Assembly (NCBI GenBank): GCA_012862495.1
Contig: BLSG01000142.1
Location: 1-44,997 of the forward strand
Origin: Thraustochytrium aureum
Taxonomy: Eukaryota
Direction: 5' to 3'
DNA length: 44,997 nt
Shown here: positions 22,350 through 30,596 of the stretch, piece after piece
Position numbering within the stretch: position 1 is the stretch's first letter
How the letters are laid out: each line of letters opens with the position of its first letter
Program-made: the position numbers and the translations under genes
Notes under the pieces: model-generated
Databases searched by the model: none
What the model saw: the letters and a program-made list of their open reading frames with translations, nothing else
What the model was told of the DNA's origin: nothing

Positions 22350-22664
22350 CTACACGTACGGATATGCTGGGCGCAGGCCAGTGTCGGCGTGGCGCTTGAA
22401 CGGCGACTCAAATGACTCGATCTTAATCTTGGCCCGGGCTTCGCGAGCTTCCTTGACCTTGTTGTCAAGCTCCTCGGCGCGTTTTTTAAGCTCCTCGACC
22501 CTGGCGTCCGCGTCGCCGATCCTCTGGCCGGGGAAGTAGACGTCGCTCCAATTCTCGATCCACTTGTCCGACATGGTTAGCTCCTTGTCACAGTGAGCGG
22601 CCCACTGCTTCATGGCATTAATCGGGTTGGCCGCTGTGCCGGATTTGCTCTTCGCGTTGGACAT
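22350..22664 (-). CDS. Small 104-aa protein resembling the LLC1/C20orf85/C2orf50 ciliary family
   Basis: ATG at 22664: MSNAKSKSGTAANPINAMKQWAAHCDKELTMSDKWIENWSDVYF followed by a short coiled coil. The W-x5-KE-x5-W-x3-W spacing resembles the LLC1 family motif as I recall it. Confidence 0.6.
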   Translation of the reverse strand: MSNAKSKSGTAANPINAMKQWAAHCDKELTMSDKWIENWSDVYFPGQRIGDADARVEELKKRAEELDNKVKEAREARAKIKIESFESPFKRHADTGLRPAYPYV

Positions 22665-23269
22665 CCTGCGATTGCAGCGGGCTGTCTGCCGCGCCTTTCT
22701 CGCTGGTCTACTGCAACTTGGGCCGGCGGTCAAGCCAGCAACGATGCACGGCAGTCGCACACCCGGCTCGAGAGCTCGATACTCCTACACGCCAGTGGCC
22801 TCGGTCGCTCTGCGCTCCCGCTATGCCGTCTTGGCTGCCTGCAGTCGCTTGGGCGATTGGTCTGACGCTCGAGCGAGCGTCCTCCGCGCGGCGGATTTGA
22901 CCGCGATCCCTCTAAATTATGACGTCCAGAATCATTCCGTTAAAAAGGTTTGAAAAATGTCCGTTCAGCCTGGCGATGTGTATAGAGGGGTACTTGGCGG
23001 TTGAGGAGGCCAAGGTGAAGCAGGCTTCTCCGAGCAGGTCTCATTCAAGGCGCTCGTGGACGGCGCGCGAGGCAGCCCGTGAGACAGCACGCGCAGTAGA
23101 GGCTTCGTGCTGACATCGGGCGATTCCTGCTGGTCCTACCACGTGCGCTCCCCGTGGCAGTCCACCCAGCCCGCGCCACAGACCTTGCTTTCGCGTTTCG
23201 GCTCGAGCCACAGGCCCCGCTCGCCTCGGGCTTTGCCTTTGGAGTGCAGGTGCTCTGCGGCGGGTCATC

Positions 23270-25000
23270 ATGGGCTACGAGAGCGAGGGTGAGGCCAGCC
23301 GCGGGCTGCTGGCCAGCGAAGCCCTGGCCAACAAGGTCAAACTATCGATCGGGCTCCTGCAGCGGCCGCCAGGAGTGCGCGGGATTACCACAGATCTCGT
23401 GGAGGCCAACCGGCGAGCTGAGAGCCGTCGAGAGATTGTCGAGTTTGAAAGCAAGCTCAGGGATTTTAAGGGCACAGCCTCGGAGGAAGAGGACAGCGAC
23501 GACTCGGACGCAGAGGCGGCCGCAACTGGAATCGCTCGAGCTGACTTGAACTGGAGCGACGAAGCCGCGGAGCTTGACCGCCTCGCAAAGTCAAAGCGAA
23601 CGCGACATCTTGGACGGCTCGAGGAGGTGGAGAAGGCGTTGACCAATCTTCGACTTCCCAGGTGCGCAGTGCGCAAAATGGATGCGGGGCTGAAGCGGTT
23701 GGTCAAGCTTCGCGAGCTCAACTTGAGCCAAAACCGGCTTCGCAAGGTCGAGCACCTGCCACCAGCGCTCATTTCCCTGCAAGCCTACGACAATGCCATT
23801 TCCGAGATCGACGTGTCAAGCTGCACCGCAGCGGCGAGCTTGCTCCACCTCGGCCTCGGCTATAATTGCCTGGTGCGAATCGGCGGCTGGGCTGAGGATT
23901 GCAGTGCCCTGCGCTCCCTTGACCTCGCGTTCAACGACCTGTGCGACCTCGACGCATCCATAGAGTCCCTTTCCAAGCTTGACAAGCTTGAAGAACTGAG
24001 GCTGGAGGGGAACCCCATGGCTCTCGCACCTCGCTATCGTGCGGCGATCGCCGAGGCCCTCCCGAGCCTGCGCACGCTGGACGGGATTCCATGTGTGAGA
24101 GAGAGCGATGCTGGCGCTGATACCGGTGCAGCTCAGTTTGACGTGGTTTCTTTTTCTGTCAATGTCGCATCTGTGACGGTGCGGCTCGACATGACTCAGG
24201 CCAAGGCACTGGCCAACGCGGGGGGCAGTCTTGCTGTGATTCAAAGTGGCGGCGCCGCAAACGGCACGGAGGAAGCACCACCGGAGCGCAAAGTTGAATA
24301 CTTTGTACGCGTTGAGGTGCAAATTCCCTGCGGCCCTGCGGTCCAATCCTCTTCAATTCTGCTTGCGCGGTTTCCTCCAGAGGAGCCCGCTGCCCAGCCA
24401 CCTGCGCCAGCGGCAAAGAAGGGCCAAGCAGAGCCTGTCGTTGAGGAGAAAAGCCAAGAAGACCGGAAGACCTTTGAGGTTGGCCTAGCTGAGGAGTTTG
24501 AGCTCGAGCTGTCACGCGAGCTGCGCGACTGTTTCGAGGCGGAGGGCGTGGCGATCCGCCTGCAGCTAGTCGAGCTTGAGTTCGAGCTGCAGGATGTCTG
24601 CTCCAACTCGGGGGCCGACGAGGACTCCGCGAGCGAAGGGGCGGATAGGCGCGAGGCCGGTGTCGGGGGCCAGGCGGCCGCGGAACCAGCAAGCGAAACT
24701 GCCAAGGAGTGGGCCGCAATTCGCGAGCGCGAGTATCACGTTGCAGAAGGGAGCGTGGATTTGAGCGCGGTTCTGGACCCGGCGGCGCGTGGCGTTCTAG
24801 TTGTCGAGTGCCAGACCGTCGCCCTTCTTGACGCTGAAGCGCAGCTTGCGCCTGTGCTCCCAACTGGGTTTCGCCGTGACTTGATCGCCACAGCGGTGCC
24901 GTTGGTCACTTCCAATGAATGCACGGCGCTGGTTTCCGTGAGCATCAACGCTCCGCGAGGGCGCGCCGGCACGAACGCCCCCTCGACCTCGCCTACGTAA
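23270..25000 (+). CDS. Leucine-rich repeat protein, LRRC43-like, 576 aa
   Basis: SDS22-type LRRs and an LRRcap: LRELNLSQNRL, LPPALISLQAYDNAI, LLHLGLGYN, LRSLDLAFNDLCDL, LRLEGNPMALAPRYRAAIAEALPSLRTLDG. The order of these motifs follows vertebrate LRRC43 as I recall it. Confidence 0.75.
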   Translation: MGYESEGEASRGLLASEALANKVKLSIGLLQRPPGVRGITTDLVEANRRAESRREIVEFESKLRDFKGTASEEEDSDDSDAEAAATGIARADLNWSDEAAELDRLAKSKRTRHLGRLEEVEKALTNLRLPRCAVRKMDAGLKRLVKLRELNLSQNRLRKVEHLPPALISLQAYDNAISEIDVSSCTAAASLLHLGLGYNCLVRIGGWAEDCSALRSLDLAFNDLCDLDASIESLSKLDKLEELRLEGNPMALAPRYRAAIAEALPSLRTLDGIPCVRESDAGADTGAAQFDVVSFSVNVASVTVRLDMTQAKALANAGGSLAVIQSGGAANGTEEAPPERKVEYFVRVEVQIPCGPAVQSSSILLARFPPEEPAAQPPAPAAKKGQAEPVVEEKSQEDRKTFEVGLAEEFELELSRELRDCFEAEGVAIRLQLVELEFELQDVCSNSGADEDSASEGADRREAGVGGQAAAEPASETAKEWAAIREREYHVAEGSVDLSAVLDPAARGVLVVECQTVALLDAEAQLAPVLPTGFRRDLIATAVPLVTSNECTALVSVSINAPRGRAGTNAPSTSPT

Positions 25001-25662
25001 CACCGTCCTAATGTAAATCGATAGATGGTGCTCGGTCACGATGATGTCACATGCCGAGCGGCGAGGGGCCCCAAAAACGACCCGGCCCCGGCTAGCAAGC
25101 CCGCGCAGCCCCACCCGCAGCCCCGAGCTCTGGACTCGCGGCTCGCGAGCGCTCGAGCTCATTCTCGCACGACATGATGACGCAAGTGGAAACGTGTGTG
25201 TGCGCCCATCAGCGCGCTTGGGTGTCAGGAGCTGACCCCCTCGCGCACAACGCTGACTCGGAGACCGCAAGGAGGCTCTCGCGCAGCAGTTCCAGAGACA
25301 GAGCAGCGGCGCCGCGCGTCTCAGGGGGCCGCAAAGTGCGGCGGCGGAGCTGTGGGGCCGTGCGAAAGGGGCCCGCCCGCCCACCAAGTGGACCGGATGG
25401 CCGCAGACGGCCAGACATCGCTCTCCTCGGTTTCTTCGCTCGAGCGNNNNNNNNNNNNNNNNNNNNNNNNNNNNNNNNNNNNNNNNNNNNNNNNNNNNNN
25501 NNNNNNNNNNNNNNNNNNNNNNNNNNNNNNNNNNNNNNNNNNNNNNNNNNNNNNNNNNNNNNNNNNNNNNNNNNNNNNNNNNNNNNNNNNNNNNNNNNNN
25601 NNNNNNNNNNNNNNNNNNNNNNNNNNNNNNNNNNNNNNNNNNNNNNNNNNNNNNNNNNNNNC

Positions 25663-27186
25663 ATCCTGGCCTTCCCAGGGTGGCGCACCAACAAAGACAT
25701 TCTGAGCTTTCAGCTCGCAGGGCTGCAGCGCGCTTTGCGGGAAACCGCACCAAAAGGGCCACACGACTGGGAGCTGGTGTGCGTGGACCCGTCAATGCCA
25801 GCCTCCGGCCCTGCATTCCCGGAGATCGAGAAGGTCTTTGGGGCAGACGCCGGATTTTTTGAGTGGTGGGATTCGCGCCGCGAGGGCGACCAGGTCACCT
25901 ACGTGGGGATCGAGGAGTCCGTCCAGCGCGCGCTGGACTTCATCCGCGAAAACGGACCGTTCCAAGTCCTCTTGGGGTTCTCTCAGGGAGGTGCCTTGGT
26001 GTCTGCGCTGCAATATGAGCTGGCCAAGCGTCCGGAGCTCCTCCCAGCGCACCTTCGATGGCAATGTGTAGTCTTTATCGGAGCAGTCCCGGTCTTCGAC
26101 TCGCGCTATTCTTCAATGTACAATGAAGAGCAGCTGCGGCAGGTGTGCCCGACGATCCACGCGATTGGAGACGAGGATAGATTTGGTGAACGCTGCGAAA
26201 TGCTGTTGCAGGCCTACCAGCGCGCGGCCGCGGATACCGTGCAAGTCGTGCGCTTCCCTGAAGGACACAAGCCGCCATCTTGGCGCACGTCCTCGGCGCA
26301 GCTTTGCGAGATTGCAAATGCCGTTCGCAAGCGCGTGCAGCCAGCGGTTTGGTGGGCCTTTGACTTTGACGGCGTTCTCTGTGACAGCGCGCGCGAGACC
26401 TGCTTGTCTGGCCTCCGCGCAGGGCGGTCAGTGCTACCTCAAGTATTTTCGGACTCCACCTGCGCGGTTGGGGGTCTCGGAGAGGAGTTTCTCGTTGACT
26501 GCTTTTTGGAGCTGCGGCCGCTGCTCGAGAACGGCTTCGACTCGATTGTGATCTCGTTCCTTGTCCTAAAGGCTCGAGAGCGCCTTGGCGACGCGGCCGA
26601 CGTCGAGCAAGTCTCGTCTGATGTAGCCAGTCAGGTCCGCGCGGAGGGCTTCGGCCCCGCCATCGAGCAGCTGGAGCGGCTCGGGGTGGACGAAGCGGGC
26701 CTCGTGGAGGCCTTGCACGCGGCGCGGGACGAGTGGATCTCGACGGATCGCGAGGGCTGGATGCGAGCGAACGGGTTTTATGCGCAGGCTGTGGAGGCCG
26801 TTGAGCGGCTCTGCGCGCGAGGCGAAAGCGTGTACGTGATCACCACAAAGCACAAGGACTTTGCCACGGAGCTTATCGAGCGGGCTGGGCTGCCGATTCC
26901 TGCGTACAGGGTCTTTGGGCAGGGCATGGGCGCCAAGGAGTCCGTGATAGACGATCTGGCCGCCAACGCAGAGCGCGGCAAGATCTGCTTCTTCATCGAG
27001 GACCGTGTGGAGACGCTGGTCCGCGTTGCGTCTCGCTTGGCCGCTCGCTGTGAGCTCGCTTTCGCAGGCTGGGGCTACAACCAGGAAGCAGACGCTCGGC
27101 TGGCCGCCGACAGCCGCTTTCTGATCCTCGACTCCCAGGCCTCACTCGCCAGCTTGGTGCAGGCGCACTTGCAGTCCCTCGCCTAA
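25663..27186 (+). CDS. FSH1/OVCA2-family serine hydrolase fused to a HAD-superfamily hydrolase; 5' end in or before gap 25447-25661
   Basis: FSH1 part: ILAFPGWRTN, GPFQVLLGFSQGG (nucleophile elbow), PTIHAIGDED, FPEGHKPP. HAD part: AFDFDGVLCDSARE, LRPLLENG, YVITTKH, FIEDRVETL, AGWGYN. One uninterrupted frame to TAA at 27184-27186. Confidence 0.85.
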   Translation: MLAFPGWRTNKDILSFQLAGLQRALRETAPKGPHDWELVCVDPSMPASGPAFPEIEKVFGADAGFFEWWDSRREGDQVTYVGIEESVQRALDFIRENGPFQVLLGFSQGGALVSALQYELAKRPELLPAHLRWQCVVFIGAVPVFDSRYSSMYNEEQLRQVCPTIHAIGDEDRFGERCEMLLQAYQRAAADTVQVVRFPEGHKPPSWRTSSAQLCEIANAVRKRVQPAVWWAFDFDGVLCDSARETCLSGLRAGRSVLPQVFSDSTCAVGGLGEEFLVDCFLELRPLLENGFDSIVISFLVLKARERLGDAADVEQVSSDVASQVRAEGFGPAIEQLERLGVDEAGLVEALHAARDEWISTDREGWMRANGFYAQAVEAVERLCARGESVYVITTKHKDFATELIERAGLPIPAYRVFGQGMGAKESVIDDLAANAERGKICFFIEDRVETLVRVASRLAARCELAFAGWGYNQEADARLAADSRFLILDSQASLASLVQAHLQSLA

Positions 27187-27439
27187 CGCAGCCCGACGGG
27201 CAACGCACCGCAGCCGGTGAAGAAGAAAACCTGTCTGAACTGATTCCTTTCCCAACAAGTACTTGTAAACTCTCCTTAGTGCAGATCCGGGACGGGCAAC
27301 CCGCTCACGCGCCTTAAAACCCCAATAATTCAAAATTACGACCACAGAGTAAGGTGGCCGCCGCGCGCTGTTAAGGTGTAGAGCAAAAGAACCGGTTGTA
27401 GCAGCACGAGGCCCAGCAGACACCCAACGCGCCACGGCG

Positions 27440-27468
27440 CAGAGCAGCAGCAGCAGCACCAGCAGCAG
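27440..27468. repeat. (CAG)n trinucleotide repeat abutting an assembly gap
   Basis: cagagcagcagcagcagcaccagcagcag runs into the Ns at 27469. Confidence 0.8.
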
Positions 27469-28170
27469 NNNNNNNNNNNNNNNNNNNNNNNNNNNNNNNN
27501 NNNNNNNNNNNNNNNNNNNNNNNNNNNNNNNNNNNNNNNNNNNNNNNNNNNNNNNNNNNNNNNNNNNNNNNNNNNNNNNNNNNNNNNNNNNNNNNNNNNN
27601 NNNNNNNNNNNNNNNNNNNNNNNNNNNNNNNNNNNNNNNNNNNNNNNNNNNNNNNNNNNNNNNNNNNNNNNNNNNNNNNNNNNNNNNNNNNNNNNNNNNN
27701 NNNNNNNNNNNNNNNNNNNNNNNNNNNNNNNNNNNNNNNNNNNNNNNNNNNNNNNNNNNNNNNNNNNNNNNNNNNNNNNNNNNNNNNNNNNNNNNNNNNN
27801 NNNNNNNNNNNNNNNNNNNNNNNNNNNNNNNNNNNNNNNNNNNNNNNNNNNNNNNNNNNNNNNNNNNNNNNNNNNNNNNNNNNNNNNNNNNNNNNNNNNN
27901 NNNNNNNNNNNNNNNNNNNNNNNNNNNNNNNNNNNNNNNNNNNNNNNNNNNNNNNNNNNNNNNNNNNNNNNNNNNNNNNNNNNNNNNNNNNNNNNNNNNN
28001 NNNNNNNNNNNNNNNNNNNNNNNNNNNNNNNNNNNNNNNNNNNNNNNNNNNNNNNNNNNNNNNNNNNNNNNNNNNNNNNNNNNNNNNNNNNNNNNNNNNN
28101 NNNNNNNNNNNNNNNNNNNNNNNNNNNNNNNNNNNNNNNNNNNNNNNNNNNNNNNNNNNNNNNNNNNNNN

Positions 28171-30394
28171 GTGCTGATCATCAGCTACGACACCTTCCGG
28201 CTGAATGCGTCCCTCTTCGAGGGCGAAGGCGCTGCCGACCTGCTAATTTGCGACGAGGCCCACCGGTTGAAGAACGACCAGACGCAGACGAGCCAGGCTC
28301 TGGACAAGCTGCACACCAAGCGGCGCGTCCTGCTGAGCGGTACTCCGATGCAGAACGACCTTGAGGAGTTCTTCGCGATGGTCAACTTTTGCAACCCCGG
28401 GGTGCTCGGGACGGTGTCTGCGTTCCGGAAAAAGTACCAAAACCCTATCTTGATCGGGCGCGAGCCGGACGCGACCGACGAGGAGGTCAAGCGGTCCGAA
28501 GAGCGCAGCAACGAGCTGTCCGACATCGTCAACATGTTCATCTTGCGGCGCACCAACTCGCTGCTGTCCAAGCACCTGCCGCCCAAGCTGACCCAGGTGG
28601 TATGCATCGAGCTGAGCGAGATGCAAAAGCGCATGTACAAGCACATGGTCTACAGCAAGGTGATCTACGACGAGGAGGACCGCAAGAAGGACGATAAGAT
28701 CTCGGCCGCCTCGCTGGCCTCTATCAACGCCCTGAAAAAGCTCTGCAACCACCCGCAGCTCCTGTACCAGCGCAACTCGGTCTACAGCAAAGGCGGGCGC
28801 CGCAACCCGGCCTTCGGCATGGACGACATCAACCAGTTCTTCCCTGAGGGCTTTGACCTGAACGGGAGTCGCCGCTCGCGAGGCGTTGGCGCGTGGGGCG
28901 ACGAGGCTGCTGCCTTGCACACCTCGTCGATGGCGAACTGCGAGTGGTCCGGCAAGTTCCTCGTTTGCGAGCGGCTCCTCCGCGCCATGCGAGAGGAGAC
29001 GGACGACCGCATGGTCATCGTGTCAAACTACACGCAGACGCTTGACCTTTTTTTCGATGATGTGCAAGGAGCACAACTTCCCCTTCGTGCGCCTTGACGG
29101 GACGTGCTCGGCCAAGCGCCGGCAGGCCATGGTGGACCGCCTCAACGACCCGAGCGAAGACGTTTTCGTCTTTCTGCTCTCGAGCAAGGCCGGTGGCTGC
29201 GGGCTCAATCTGATTGGGGCCAACCGCCTCATCCTCTTCGACCCGGACTGGAACCCAGCCACGGACAAGCAGGCAGCGGCGCGCGTGTGGCGCGACGGCC
29301 AAAAGAAGCGCACCTACGTTTACCGCTTCCTGGCCACCGGCACGATCGAGGAAAAGGTGTTCCAGCGCCAGCTTTCCAAGGAGGGGCTCCAGAGCGTCGT
29401 GGCCGACGACCAGAGCCTCGAGAGCACGATCTCGGCCTCCGACCTCAAAGACCTGTTCCGCCTCCGCGAGGACACGGTCTCAGACACGCACGACAAGTAC
29501 AAGTGCACTCGCTGCAATTTTGCTGGCAAGGAGCTGCCAAAGCTCGCCGACCTGGACTTTTCTTCGCCGAGCGCGGTCGCTGCAAGAGAGGCCGGCCAGG
29601 GCCCGACCGCGTCGCCGCCGCCTCAGGCTGGGCACCGCCCTCTAGCACGCCGCATGGGTGCGGCAGCGAAGCGACAAAAGCCAAACTTTCTGAACCCGCC
29701 CGCCTCGGTGGCCCCCGATGCGGAGCAGGTCGGCTTCCCCAACGAGGGCGACCTGTGCGAATGGAGCCACCACTTTGGCTGTGATTCGTGCGACGACGCG
29801 CTCCTGCGGCGGGCTGGTCGTGGGCTGGTTTCCTTTGTCTTTGGCCAGGCCATTGACGGCGAGGCGCTCGCTAAGAAGGCCGAGCTTGACGCGGCAAAGC
29901 TCGCTACCGCGGAGGCCGCCAGCGCTCTCAAGCGCGAGGCACAAGCCGCGCCTGGTCCTGCCGAGGATGAGGACGCCAAGTCGGCCGCCGAGTGCACTGA
30001 AGAGGATGGCAGCCACGGTGGCAAGCAGGGCCGCGCGAAGTCGCCCGACGCAAGCTCTGCCGCGCCTGCTGACGTTCGACTTTCTCGGAAGCAGTTACCA
30101 GAAGGTCCGGCGGAAGACGACGATGAAGATTTGGCTGCCCAGAAGCCAGCAAGGGTTGATGGCGGCGAAAGTGAGGCCGAGAACGAGTCGGAAGCGGTCG
30201 GCGATCAAGACAGCGAGGGCGACGAGGAGGACGACGAGGAGGAGGACGACGAGGAGGACGAAGACGACGACGACGACGATGAGGAGGAGCAAGAGGTGGT
30301 GCCAGTGACGAAGCGCCGAGCTCCAAAAGGCTCCCCTGCCCGAGCGGCGCCGCGCCGAAGCCTCGGCGAAATCCAGAACACGCTAAATCGGTAG
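28171..30394 (+). CDS. RAD54: DNA repair and recombination protein RAD54 (SNF2-family translocase); 5' part in the gap; apparent 1-nt insertion at T7 29048-29054
   Basis: ICDEAHRLKN, LLSGTPMQNDLEEFF, LKKLCNHP, SGKF, IVSNYTQTLD, RLDG, FLLSSKAGGCGLNLIGANRLILFDPDWNPATDKQAAARVWRDGQKK, GTIEEKVFQRQLSKEGL, and the RAD54 Zn-binding tail DTHD..KCTRC...WSHH. Confidence 0.93.
30221..30295 (+). repeat. (GAC/GAG)n low-complexity tract encoding poly-Asp/Glu in the RAD54 tail
   Basis: Encodes DEEDDEEEDDEEDEDDDDDDEEEQE. Confidence 0.85.
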
Positions 30395-30596
30395 GTCGCG
30401 AAATGCGAGACGTCTCTGCTGCGGCTGCTGCTGCAACCGCTGCCAGGCCAGGAGTAGAACCACCGAAGACAGATTTCAAAAGTTAAAAAAGATGACTCTA
30501 CGAAACCAAGCTCTGCTTTTGCTCCGTGCTCGAGCTCGGTCTTCGAAGCGCGCCGGCCCAGCACACTGCACAGACCTGCCAACCGCAACTCATCCC

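Noticed and set aside
25174..25446. N-terminal 90 aa of ORF 25174..27186
   Set aside because: It is Arg-rich, has no motif, and is joined to the hydrolase only through Ns. The FSH1 domain begins right after the gap, so this part is unsupported.
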